Positions 1-9,445 of a stretch of DNA of 64,000 nt are shown piece by piece; position 1 is the stretch's first letter; each line of letters opens with the position of its first letter. The notes under the pieces are model-generated. The model did not search any database and was not told the DNA's origin. It saw only the letters and a list, made by a program, of their open reading frames with translations. This DNA comes from a bacterium (GTDB taxonomy: Bacteria > Planctomycetota > UBA8108 > UBA1146): contig JAPOLY010000003.1 in the NCBI GenBank assembly GCA_029976805.1, positions 10,223-74,222 of the forward strand. The letters are read 5' to 3'. The position numbers and the translations under genes are program-made.

Positions 1-1
1 G

Positions 2-2461
2 GGATTCATTTCGTACTTCCTCATCACCTGGGACTTTTGTCACTACGCACGGGAGAATGACATTCCCATCGGGCCTGGCCGTGGATCTGCTGTCGGATCC
101 ATCGTTTCCTACTGCCTGGGAATCACAAATCTGTGCCCACTGAAATACGACCTGATCTTTGAACGATTCCTCAACAGCGATCGTATCTCCATGCCTGATA
201 TCGATATCGACTTTTGTGTCGATGGTCGTGAAAAGGTCATCGAATACGTCCGTGACAAGTATGGGGAAGACCGTGTCTGCAAGATCGCAACCTTTGGAAC
301 GATGGCCGCCAAGGCCGCTCTCAAAGACGTCGGCAGAGTTCTCAACATTCCTCTCTCGGAGGTGAACGAACTCACCAAAAAAGTCCCTGATGTTCCGGGC
401 ATCAAACTGAAGGAAGCCTTCGAGTCGGAACCGGATCTGGCAAAGGCCACCCGGGATCCCCGTTATCTCGAACTTTTTGAAGTCGCACAGAAACTGGAGG
501 GTTTGAATCGGCATTGCTCCACCCATGCCGCAGGAGTGGTGATTGCTGACCGTCCCCTCACCGAACTGATCCCTCTTTCCCGTAACGGGGAAGACATCGT
601 GACCCAGTTCCCGATGGAGATTCTGGAAAAAATCGGTCTCCTCAAGGTCGACTTCCTTGGACTGAGATATTTGACCATCCTCGACAAGGCGACTCAGTTG
701 ATCGAGGACTCCACTGGTGAAACGTTAGATCTCGAAAATCTGCCGCTCGATGACAAGCCTACCTATGATCTGCTTTGTCAGGGTGAGACCCACGGAATCT
801 TCCAGTTGGAGAGTGGCGGGATGCGGGAGTTGCTACGCAACCTCAAACCCGACTGCTTCGAAGACATCATCGCGGTGCTCGCACTCTACAGACCAGGTCC
901 TATCGGCTCTGGCATGCATCACCTCTATTGCGACCGCAAACATGGTCGCGAAAAAATGGAATATCTTCACCCCTCACTGGAAGAGCTCCTCCACGACACC
1001 AATGGAGTGATTCTCTATCAGGAACAGGTCATGCGTATTGCCAACCAAATGGCCGGCTTCTCCATGAACGACGCAGACAACCTGCGTAAGGCGATGGGAA
1101 AAAAGAAGATTGAACTGATGGAGAAATTCCGCGATCAGTTCATCAACGGAGCAAACGAAAAAAGTCAGGTTCCGGAGAAGATCTCCAAAGCAATTTTCGA
1201 ACAGATCGAGCAGTTCGCAAAATACGGTTTCAATAAATCACACTCGACAGCCTATGCCTTGATCTCTTACCAGTGTGCCTATTTGAAAGCCAATCACCCC
1301 GAAGCATTCCTTGCTGCGGTGATGTCCTGCTACATCTCCACCGTCGATACCATGGTCACCTATCTGGAGGAGTGCAAAGAGATGGACATCGAGGTCATCC
1401 CTCCTCATGTCAATTTCTCCAAAAGCAACTTTTCCCTGAAAGAAGACAAAGTGGTTTATGGCCTTGTGGCCATCAAAGGGGTGGGCGAAAAAGTCATCGC
1501 TCATATTCTTGCGGAGAGGGACCGGAAAGGCCCCTTCAAGTCCCTTTATGATCTGACGACGAGAGTCAAACCGGAGTTGATCAACAAAAAGGTCCTGGAA
1601 TCCCTGATCAATGGCGGAGCTTTCGACGACCTCGGCCAATCACGCTCGACGATGACTGCAGCGGTTGGCGACGCTCTGGAGGAGGGAAAGCGAATCCACG
1701 CAGAAAGAGAGGCTGGACAACTCTCTCTCTTTGGTAACGGCAGTGAACCTGAAGCGGAAGAAAATTGGCCTCAGGTCCCGGAATGGGCAGACGGAGAAAT
1801 GCTCTCTCGCGAAAAGTCCGCATTGGGATTCTATCTCAGTGGACATCCTCTGGAGCGGAAGGAAGAGGAGCTCCTGCCCGTACGCACCCACCTCATCCGC
1901 GAACTCAGTGAAAAGCATCACAAAACGCAGGTCACTCTGGCTGCCATGGTTTCCCAAGTCGTCCCCCGGCAAACCCGCAAGGGCGATCCGATGGCCATCG
2001 TCACCATCGAGGATCGGTCAGGATCACTGGAAGCCATCTACTTTCCCAAGGCCTATCTGGAATTTCGGGAAGATCTGGCCGTCGACGAAATCCTGGTGAT
2101 TCAGGGAACGGCTGAAATCATTGCAGAAGAAGAGGGTATTCGTGGAGAGCGTAAAATCATTGTCAACCGCGCTTTCTCTCTCTCCTCTGCGGCTTCGAAA
2201 CTTGCCAAGCAGATCGGAATTTCATTCCCTTCAGATGTGAATGAAAAAATGCTTTTTGAGACCCGTGACATCATGCAGAGATTCCCAGGCAAGATCCCAG
2301 TTACCCTGATCTTCGACCATCTGGATGACCATGCATGGCGCGTTCCCTGTGGCAATGGCCAGATGGTCTCGGGTGAATCGGGCTTTATCGAGGAGGTTCG
2401 TACCTTGCTCGGAGAAAGCGCCATCCGGATGGAAATTGCCAAGCCAAAGGAACGTGCATGA
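2..2461 (+). CDS. dnaE: DNA polymerase III alpha subunit, C-terminal ~820 aa; the 5' end lies outside the window
   Basis: The ORF reads through from the window edge in frame 2 (GFISYFLITWDFCHYAREN...). The translation covers the DnaE fingers/palm-to-OB-fold region (KIATFGTM, HAAGVVI, NKSHSTAYALISYQCAYLKANHP). Its stop overlaps the next start (ATGA). Confidence 0.93.
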   Translation, partial: GFISYFLITWDFCHYARENDIPIGPGRGSAVGSIVSYCLGITNLCPLKYDLIFERFLNSDRISMPDIDIDFCVDGREKVIEYVRDKYGEDRVCKIATFGTMAAKAALKDVGRVLNIPLSEVNELTKKVPDVPGIKLKEAFESEPDLAKATRDPRYLELFEVAQKLEGLNRHCSTHAAGVVIADRPLTELIPLSRNGEDIVTQFPMEILEKIGLLKVDFLGLRYLTILDKATQLIEDSTGETLDLENLPLDDKPTYDLLCQGETHGIFQLESGGMRELLRNLKPDCFEDIIAVLALYRPGPIGSGMHHLYCDRKHGREKMEYLHPSLEELLHDTNGVILYQEQVMRIANQMAGFSMNDADNLRKAMGKKKIELMEKFRDQFINGANEKSQVPEKISKAIFEQIEQFAKYGFNKSHSTAYALISYQCAYLKANHPEAFLAAVMSCYISTVDTMVTYLEECKEMDIEVIPPHVNFSKSNFSLKEDKVVYGLVAIKGVGEKVIAHILAERDRKGPFKSLYDLTTRVKPELINKKVLESLINGGAFDDLGQSRSTMTAAVGDALEEGKRIHAEREAGQLSLFGNGSEPEAEENWPQVPEWADGEMLSREKSALGFYLSGHPLERKEEELLPVRTHLIRELSEKHHKTQVTLAAMVSQVVPRQTRKGDPMAIVTIEDRSGSLEAIYFPKAYLEFREDLAVDEILVIQGTAEIIAEEEGIRGERKIIVNRAFSLSSAASKLAKQIGISFPSDVNEKMLFETRDIMQRFPGKIPVTLIFDHLDDHAWRVPCGNGQMVSGESGFIEEVRTLLGESAIRMEIAKPKERA

Positions 2462-3192
2462 GGAAAACGCTCCAACTCGATCTCGACTTCTTTTTGCAAA
2501 AACGGCAAGAGATCGAGAATGAAGCGGCAAATCTGGCACCAGTTGCGGGTTCTGACATGGAAGGATTGAATCCCTGTGTTCTTCCAGTCACCAAATACAT
2601 CACTGCGGAAGAGACCCGGTTATTGCTCGATGAAGGCCAGGCTCCCCTCGGTGAGAATCGAGCCCAGGAACTGGAGGCCAAAACAGATCCGGGGCAAGAC
2701 CCCGGCGGCTGGCACTTCATCGGCAAACTTCAACGAAACAAGATCTCCATCGTCGCCCCCAGAGTGGACCTGATTCACAGTCTCGATTCTCAACGCCTGG
2801 CAGAATCCCTCGATCGCTGGGTGGAAGATCATTTGAATCGCCGGCTGGGTGTCCTGATTCAAATCAATATTGCGGGCGAGTCACAAAAATCGGGGCTCGA
2901 CCCGGTAGAGGCCCTGGAAGTGATCCCCGACTGGATCGATCGTTACCCACAGTTGCGCTTCGAAGGATTGATGACGATGGCCCCACAGATACCCGCTGAG
3001 GAGTGTCGACCGGTCTTTCAATCCCTGAGAAAACTCCGCGATGATCTCCGACTCTCCATGGACTCATCGCATGCTGGCGATTTTCGTCACTTGTCGATGG
3101 GCATGTCTGCAGATTGGCAAGTGGCAGTCAGCGAGGGTGCCACCCTTCTGCGAATCGGCCAATCTCTCTACCCGCCCGTGAGTCCCGACTGA
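2458..3192 (+). CDS. yggS: YggS-family pyridoxal-phosphate homeostasis protein (alanine-racemase-N-terminal-like fold)
   Basis: 244 aa. Has the conserved HFIGKLQRNK motif, and a length and ending typical of YggS/PLPBP. The start overlaps the dnaE stop. Confidence 0.88.
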   Translation: MRKTLQLDLDFFLQKRQEIENEAANLAPVAGSDMEGLNPCVLPVTKYITAEETRLLLDEGQAPLGENRAQELEAKTDPGQDPGGWHFIGKLQRNKISIVAPRVDLIHSLDSQRLAESLDRWVEDHLNRRLGVLIQINIAGESQKSGLDPVEALEVIPDWIDRYPQLRFEGLMTMAPQIPAEECRPVFQSLRKLRDDLRLSMDSSHAGDFRHLSMGMSADWQVAVSEGATLLRIGQSLYPPVSPD

Positions 3193-5759
3193 TGCCCAGA
3201 ATCCTCGCTGACAAGGGACCTGATCGAGGCCGATCATGGAGCGTCAAATCGGATGGTGCCTTTCTGGTGGGTAGAGACAGTGCTGCCCAGATCAGTCTGC
3301 GTGATGAAGAAATCAGCCGCCGCCATTGCCAGATCGAATTCAAGGACTCCTCTTGGTGGATCCGGGATCTGGAAAGCACCAATGGCATTCAGATCAACGG
3401 GGAAACAGTCGCCGATCCGGTCAGGCTCAAACACAATGACCATATCGATCTCGGCCTCACCCGACTGACTTTCCTGATCGAAGAAGATCCGCTGATTGGC
3501 AAAACTCTGGGTGGCTGCAACGTCCTCTCAAGACTGGGTCGCGGTGGGATGGGAACCGTTTACTCGGCGCGACAAATCTCTCTGGATCGCCCTGTCGCCC
3601 TCAAGGTTCTCTCTGACAAATACACCCGGGATCCCGCTTTCATAGACCTCTTCATTCGGGAAGCCCGTGCTGCCGGCCTCTTGAGCCATCCCCATATCGT
3701 TCAGGTCTATGACGTGGGCAGAGAGGGTGATCTCCATTATTTCACCATGGAACTGATGGATCACGGCAGTGCTGAAAAACGAATCGATGAGAGTGGTGCC
3801 CTGCCCCTCCACACTGCTCTGGATATCGTCCGCCAAGCGGCAAGGGGACTTGAATACGCTGAGAGACAGGGGATTGTTCACAGAGATATCAAGCCGGGAA
3901 ATCTGATGATGTCGCAGGATGGAACCGTGAAAATTGGCGATCTCGGTATCGCACGCAAAGCGGATGCATCCGGCGTCGTCTCGCAAAAGGAGGGCGTCAG
4001 TGGCTCTCCGCACTATATCGCCCCCGAACAGGCTCGCGGAGAACCCATCGATCAACGGGCGGATATTTACTCCCTTGGTGCAACGCTGTTTCACTGCCTA
4101 ACCGGAAAGACACCCTATAAGGGAAAAGGGGCACGGGATGTGATTCTCAAGCACATGAATGCCTCTGCAGCTCCCGATCCCTGGGAGTGGGCTTCCCGTG
4201 CCCAGATTCCCCTCGACGTGCGAGCCCTGATTCAGCGCATGATGTCTCCGAAACCGGATGATCGTCCTGTGAATGCAGAAAAATTGGGGCTCGATCTCGA
4301 TCACCTGATCAGCCGTTACCCGGCGGGTAAATCAATGATACCCGTAGGCTCCATCATGACCGGTGTCCTCATTTTCATTCTGATCGGTGGTTGGGCACTG
4401 ACCATAAAACCAGAAAAAGACTCGCCCCGGGAACCGAGCCCGCTGGAACAAATCGAATCCACCGCCATGAATCTCTCCGAAAGTCTGGACCGACTCGGTG
4501 ACAGGATCTCCCCCGAGATAGACCTTGCCCAAGTCAGGAGCGAGCTTGAGGACTTCGAGGTCGATCTTCGTGGATTGGAGTCACGCAACATCGGTGGAGC
4601 CACCCCCCTTCTCTCGTCCCTGCGAGACCGCTACGGGGAAGTTCTGGAAGCGGTCGAAAAAGAGCAATTAAGACGACAGGAACTGCAAAAGGAATCACAG
4701 GCCAGAGAGTTGTTTGCAGACCTGACTCGAGAAACCGAGAGTGCCAAATCGCCTGCCGATCGCCTGCCAGCACTTGAGGCGCTCGTCGCAAATTTCCCTG
4801 AAACCCGGGCAGCCCTTCGTGCAACCAGCCTGATTGAAAACCTGCAAGCGGAGATACGTCTGCAAACCCAAAGAAATCAGGCTGCAGAAAGAGACTGGAA
4901 TCGAATCCGTCCGCGAGCGGAGGGCTGGTTGAAATCGAATCAACCGGCGCGAGCGAGGCAAGAGATCAATACTTACCCGGACGAGCATCGAAACACACCC
5001 TCATGGGATGCCCGCGATAATTTCATCGCCCAAATCGATCAGCAAGCCATCGATCTATGGCGTGAGACAGGCCCTCTGATTCGAAACCGATTACAAGAAG
5101 GCCGAAAGGCAGAAGCCAGGGATCTGTTTCAAGGGCTTCTGTCGAGAGCTTCGATTCCAGCGACCCTGCCTCTTGAGCTGGAACTGCTCTCCGCGATCGA
5201 ATCTGCAGAGAAGGATTCCGGGGATTCGGGTTACGCTTCTCTCTCCCCTGTGCTCAAACGTTGCTGGGATCTCTGGAACCTTCAGTTCCGGGGTCTCGAG
5301 GCTGCCAGAGGGTTGCGCTCCACCTTGCTCGAACAGCGCTTCTCCAACGACGATCTCCAACTTGCCGAAAAACATCTGCAATTGCTGCAACAGTTCGATC
5401 AGCTCCTTGATCGACAGCCCGAGGTTTCCCTGCCTCGCAAGCCATCGCGCCTGATCACCACTCCAGAAAAACAGATCTCTGCTCCATGGGTGACCCTTCG
5501 ATCAGATCGTGTCATTTACAGGGATACCCCAGAAGGTCCGGGTCGTTACCTCCTGTGGAATGAGTTGACCCCTGGTGGTCGTCTCGATCTGTGGCTCGAA
5601 GTCGAGCCGGACGGTGACTGGGCCAAACTTCTGGCCCTACTCCTCGAATTCAATGGAAGAACCATGGATGCGGATCAAATCTGGCAAAATACGGCAGACC
5701 AAGCCCTGCGCCCCCTCCTCAAGGATCTCGAGAGTGAGACTGGGAAAGATCAAGAGTGA
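3192..5759 (+). CDS. Membrane-anchored Ser/Thr protein kinase with N-terminal FHA domain and large C-terminal helical/coiled-coil domain
   Basis: Internal ATG at 3192 overlaps the yggS stop (TGATG). The FHA-like segment is LVGRDSAAQISLRDEEISRRHCQIEF...TNGIQINGE. Hanks kinase motifs are present (HRDIKPGNLMM, DLGIA, APE). A single TM helix (IMTGVLIFILIGGWALTI) is followed by a ~450-aa domain. Confidence 0.85.
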   Translation: MPRILADKGPDRGRSWSVKSDGAFLVGRDSAAQISLRDEEISRRHCQIEFKDSSWWIRDLESTNGIQINGETVADPVRLKHNDHIDLGLTRLTFLIEEDPLIGKTLGGCNVLSRLGRGGMGTVYSARQISLDRPVALKVLSDKYTRDPAFIDLFIREARAAGLLSHPHIVQVYDVGREGDLHYFTMELMDHGSAEKRIDESGALPLHTALDIVRQAARGLEYAERQGIVHRDIKPGNLMMSQDGTVKIGDLGIARKADASGVVSQKEGVSGSPHYIAPEQARGEPIDQRADIYSLGATLFHCLTGKTPYKGKGARDVILKHMNASAAPDPWEWASRAQIPLDVRALIQRMMSPKPDDRPVNAEKLGLDLDHLISRYPAGKSMIPVGSIMTGVLIFILIGGWALTIKPEKDSPREPSPLEQIESTAMNLSESLDRLGDRISPEIDLAQVRSELEDFEVDLRGLESRNIGGATPLLSSLRDRYGEVLEAVEKEQLRRQELQKESQARELFADLTRETESAKSPADRLPALEALVANFPETRAALRATSLIENLQAEIRLQTQRNQAAERDWNRIRPRAEGWLKSNQPARARQEINTYPDEHRNTPSWDARDNFIAQIDQQAIDLWRETGPLIRNRLQEGRKAEARDLFQGLLSRASIPATLPLELELLSAIESAEKDSGDSGYASLSPVLKRCWDLWNLQFRGLEAARGLRSTLLEQRFSNDDLQLAEKHLQLLQQFDQLLDRQPEVSLPRKPSRLITTPEKQISAPWVTLRSDRVIYRDTPEGPGRYLLWNELTPGGRLDLWLEVEPDGDWAKLLALLLEFNGRTMDADQIWQNTADQALRPLLKDLESETGKDQE

Positions 5760-6076
5760 ATCCGCTGGAGGATCTTCGACTCAAGGAGACGGTTGACGGT
5801 ATCGAAGTGGAGGTCCGGGCGATTCCGGGGGCCTCGGTCAATGCCATCTCGGGAATTCGACAGGGGGCACTGGTGGTCAAGGTGACCACTGCGCCAGAGA
5901 AGGGTCAGGCAAATGTCACCCTTTCAAAGGTACTTTCAGGTACCCTTGGCGTTCCTAAAGGTCATGTTCGCCTGTTGCGAGGAAAGCATCAGCGAAACAA
6001 GACCTTCCTTGTCGCCGGCCTCGATCGGCAGAAACTGACGACCGCGCTCGAAGAGCGAGGGATTCGCAATGTTTGA
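5756..6076 (+). CDS. yggU: DUF167 (YggU-family) protein
   Basis: 106 aa. GTG start overlaps the kinase stop (GTGA). The segment ALVVKVTTAPEKGQAN resembles the YggU signature. It lies in the same operon as yggS. Confidence 0.7.
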   Translation: MNPLEDLRLKETVDGIEVEVRAIPGASVNAISGIRQGALVVKVTTAPEKGQANVTLSKVLSGTLGVPKGHVRLLRGKHQRNKTFLVAGLDRQKLTTALEERGIRNV

Positions 6077-6935
6077 GAGAAAGGTGACACCCCCCATGGG
6101 CACCATTCAGGAAGAAGGCCAGAGACAGAGATTGCGCATCGAAGCGGCTGCTGAAGCGGTCGCCGCTGCCAACCCCGGTGATTCTCCGGATACGGTGATC
6201 ATTCTGGGGACAGGGCTCGGTGGTCTGGTCGAAGAGATTTCTGATAAAACCACCATCGATTACTCAGCCATTCCCGGTTTCCCCATTTCGACAGCGCCTG
6301 GTCACAGTGGTCAACTTCACTTCGGCAACATTGGGCAACACAGGATTCTGTGCTTCCAGGGAAGGTTTCATCTCTATGAGGGCTACTCCATGGAGGACAT
6401 CGTCATGCCGATGCGGGTTGCTGCTAGACTCGGGGTCGAGCATGCGATCATTTCCAATTGCTGTGGAGGACTCTCTCCGAAGCTGGAAAAAGGGGATCTG
6501 CTGATCCTCGACGACCACATTCACCTTTTGGGGGAAAACCCCCTGACCGGAATGAATCATGACGACTGGGGACCCCGATTCCCCGACATGAGCGAGCCCT
6601 ATTGCCGGGAATCTGTCGGAAAATGGCTCGAACTGGCCCAAAACTCAGGAATCCGTGCCTCCAGCGGTGTCTACGTGGCTGTCCCGGGCCCCAATCTCGA
6701 AACCCGGGCCGAATACCGCATGTTGAGGGGTCTGGGAGCGGATGTGGTCGGAATGTCGACCGTTCCGGAGGTGATCATCTGTGCTCATGAAGGGATTCGG
6801 GCCTCGGCAATTTCCGTGGTAACCGATCTCTGTGACCCGGATGACTTGAAGAAAGTTTCCGTAGAAGAGATTCTGGAAGTCGCAGCAGGAGCCGAACCCC
6901 TCCTGACAAGACTGGTCGTCCAGTTCCTGCAATGA
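6069..6935 (+). CDS. Purine nucleoside phosphorylase / MTA phosphorylase family (PNP-I type)
   Basis: 288 aa. Motifs ILGTGLGGL, GHSGQLHFG and GMSTVPEVIIC are typical of the PunA/MTAP family. Confidence 0.85.
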   Translation: MFERKVTPPMGTIQEEGQRQRLRIEAAAEAVAAANPGDSPDTVIILGTGLGGLVEEISDKTTIDYSAIPGFPISTAPGHSGQLHFGNIGQHRILCFQGRFHLYEGYSMEDIVMPMRVAARLGVEHAIISNCCGGLSPKLEKGDLLILDDHIHLLGENPLTGMNHDDWGPRFPDMSEPYCRESVGKWLELAQNSGIRASSGVYVAVPGPNLETRAEYRMLRGLGADVVGMSTVPEVIICAHEGIRASAISVVTDLCDPDDLKKVSVEEILEVAAGAEPLLTRLVVQFLQ

Positions 6936-7597
6936 AGGGGTTCGAGAGACTGAGTACCCGGAAAGGGGTCCATAGGATGTACCATCCCAACGAATACCTT
7001 TCTCCCGACCTGAATGAGGGTGGGGACAAGGACGAAAACAAGAAAGAAGCCGGTGGCGGCAATTACCTCAAGGATTTGATGGAGAAACAGAGAACTCTCT
7101 TCATCTCCGAGGAGGTTTCCCCAAAGCTGACCCGCAAACTGGTCCCCGCACTTTTGTGGCTTGACTCCCAAAATGACGATCCCATCCGATTGTTCATCAA
7201 TACACCGGGTGGATCTGCAGATGACGGCTTCGCAATTTACGACGCCATCAAGTTCATCCGCAGTCCTGTTCTGTGTATCACCAATGGACTCAATGCTTCT
7301 GCGGGAACCGTGATTCTGCTCGCCACGCCCAAAGAGCGGAGATTCTCACTGCCCAACTCGCGGATCATGATCCACCAGCCCTCCAGTGGGGTTCGCGGAA
7401 AAGCATCCGAAATCGAGATTACTGCGGATGAGATTCTCAAACTGCGTCGTCGCTGCAATGAGTTGATCGCCAGTGAGACCGGCAAGAGTGTTGAAGAGGT
7501 TGAGAAGCACACGAACAGGGACTACTGGATGTCTCCTGAAGAAGCCAAGGAGTATGGCTTGATCGGTGAAATCCTGACCAGCCTGAACGACCTCTAG
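6932..7597 (+). CDS. clpP: ATP-dependent Clp protease proteolytic subunit
   Basis: ATG overlaps the PNP stop (ATGA). The ClpP core is present: LFINTPGGSADDGFAIYDAIKFI...ASAGTVILLA...IMIHQPSSG. The true start could be the internal MYHPNEY. Confidence 0.9.
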   Translation: MKGFERLSTRKGVHRMYHPNEYLSPDLNEGGDKDENKKEAGGGNYLKDLMEKQRTLFISEEVSPKLTRKLVPALLWLDSQNDDPIRLFINTPGGSADDGFAIYDAIKFIRSPVLCITNGLNASAGTVILLATPKERRFSLPNSRIMIHQPSSGVRGKASEIEITADEILKLRRRCNELIASETGKSVEEVEKHTNRDYWMSPEEAKEYGLIGEILTSLNDL

Positions 7598-7602
7598 AAT
7601 CG

Positions 7603-8223
7603 ATGTCGATGCAGAACCTGCACAGTGAGAACCCGACGGAGACCGACCCGGTCTCCGTCGGGTTTCTTCTTTCCGGAGGGGGCAGAACCCTCGAAAATCT
7701 GGTCGAGGCGATCCAACGTGACGATATTCCAGCCAAAGTCGATCTTGTGATCGCCAGCAAGGCGGGTCTCGGTGGCATCGAAAGAGCTTCACGAGCCGGA
7801 ATCCCCCACCAGATTCACCCCTGTAAAAGGGTCGAGGATTCAGAAGCCATCTTCTCCGCTCTCGAAGAAGCGGGTTGCCAATTCGCCATACTCGGTGGTT
7901 GGTTACGCAAGCTCGTGATTCCCACTGCCTGGGAAAACAGGGTCATCAATATCCACCCTTCATTGCTGCCACGCCATGGCGGCAAGGGCTGTTATGGCGA
8001 CAGGGTTCACCAAAGGGTCCTCGAAGCAGGGGATCAGGAATCCGGCTGCACAGTTCATTTCGTGGACAATGAATATGACCAAGGACCGATCATTCTACAG
8101 GAGAAAGTTCCCGTTCTTGCAGGCGACGATGTTGCAAGTTTGGCGAAACGGGTCTTTGAAGCCGAAATGGTGGCCTTGCCAAAAGCGGTGAGCGCTCTGG
8201 TAATGAATCAGATCTCCGACTGA
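7603..8223 (+). CDS. purN: Phosphoribosylglycinamide formyltransferase
   Basis: 206 aa. Formyl-transferase motifs NIHPSLLPRHGG and GCTVHFVDNEYDQGPII. Confidence 0.85.
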   Translation: MSMQNLHSENPTETDPVSVGFLLSGGGRTLENLVEAIQRDDIPAKVDLVIASKAGLGGIERASRAGIPHQIHPCKRVEDSEAIFSALEEAGCQFAILGGWLRKLVIPTAWENRVINIHPSLLPRHGGKGCYGDRVHQRVLEAGDQESGCTVHFVDNEYDQGPIILQEKVPVLAGDDVASLAKRVFEAEMVALPKAVSALVMNQISD

Positions 8224-8235
8224 AATCGAGCCTGA

Positions 8236-9444
8236 TCAAACCAACTTCAGCTTGCGGAACTTGCGTTTTCCGACCCTGAGAACCATGCCATCCGAAAGTT
8301 CGACCCGAGCATCCGCATCATCGACCCGAAGATCGTCAAGCCGAACCCCTCCAGCCTGTACATTGCGCCGGGCTTCGTTATTACTGGATGACAAACCGGC
8401 CTCGACGACCAACTTGACGATCCACACCTTGCCGTCCTCGAGCAAATCTCCCTGCACTGCGTACTCTTCGATGTCATCGGGAATTCCCCCCTTGGAGAAC
8501 ACCTGAACAAAGTGCTGTTCCGCTGCTTCCGCCGCGGCTTCGTCGTGATAGAGACGAACCAGTGTGCGGGCCAGAAACCCTTTGCATTCTCTGGGATTGA
8601 GAGCCAGTTTTTCCTCGATCTCGGAAAGGCTGAGATCGGTGGCGAGAGTGAAGTAATCACGCATGGCTTCGTCAGGAATCGACATCGTCTTGCCGAAGAT
8701 CTCTTCAGGCGAATCCGTGATGCCGATGGAGTTGCCATAGGTTTTGGACATCTTTCGGCTGCCGTCTGTTCCGACCAGCAACGGCAATGTCATGCATACC
8801 TGAGCTTCCAGGCCTTCCTGACGCATCAGATCCCTGCCAAGGAGCAGGTTGAAGGTTTGATCGGTTCCTCCCAGCTCCACATCCGCCCTGACCTTCACCG
8901 AATCCCATGCTTGCATTAAAGGGTAGATGAATTCGTGGAGGTTGATGGGTAATCCCCCGCTGAAGCGCTTTTGAAAATCGTCACGCTCCAATTGTCTGGC
9001 GACAGTAGTACGCCCGCAAAGAGCGATCACATCCAGAAACGACATCTCCCGAAACCAGTCACCATTCCAACAGAGTTCTGTTCGATCCTTGTCGAGGATT
9101 TTCCATGCTTGCTGGAGATAAGTTTCTGCATTTTCACGAACCTGGTCATGAGTCAAAGTCGGACGGGTCTTGTCCCTGCCTGAAGGATCGCCGACACAAG
9201 CGGTGTAATCTCCAATAATCAAGACCGCTTGATGACCGGCATCCTGAAATTGGCGCATTTTTCTCAGGGGTACAGCGTGACCCACATGCAACTGCGGGTT
9301 GGTCGGGTCGACACCCAACTTGATTCGCAAAGGCTGCTGACGGTCTTTGGAAGCCTGCCATTTCTTTTGCAGTTCTTCCTCAGTATCAATCGTGACCGCA
9401 CCTCGGGTCACCTCCTGAAAGGACTCATCAGGTACGAATCCCAT
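8236..9444 (-). CDS. tyrS: Tyrosyl-tRNA synthetase with C-terminal S4 domain
   Basis: HVGH (HIGH-type) and KMSKT motifs. ATG at 9444 (MGFVPDES...) is chosen over the upstream extension because the extension would overlap the preceding gene. Confidence 0.88.
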   Translation of the reverse strand: MGFVPDESFQEVTRGAVTIDTEEELQKKWQASKDRQQPLRIKLGVDPTNPQLHVGHAVPLRKMRQFQDAGHQAVLIIGDYTACVGDPSGRDKTRPTLTHDQVRENAETYLQQAWKILDKDRTELCWNGDWFREMSFLDVIALCGRTTVARQLERDDFQKRFSGGLPINLHEFIYPLMQAWDSVKVRADVELGGTDQTFNLLLGRDLMRQEGLEAQVCMTLPLLVGTDGSRKMSKTYGNSIGITDSPEEIFGKTMSIPDEAMRDYFTLATDLSLSEIEEKLALNPRECKGFLARTLVRLYHDEAAAEAAEQHFVQVFSKGGIPDDIEEYAVQGDLLEDGKVWIVKLVVEAGLSSSNNEARRNVQAGGVRLDDLRVDDADARVELSDGMVLRVGKRKFRKLKLV

Positions 9445-9445
9445 G

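Noticed and set aside
2535-2552. TGGCACC-AGT-TGC sigma-54-like element
   Set aside because: Spacing between GG and GC is 2 nt too short, and it lies inside yggS coding sequence.
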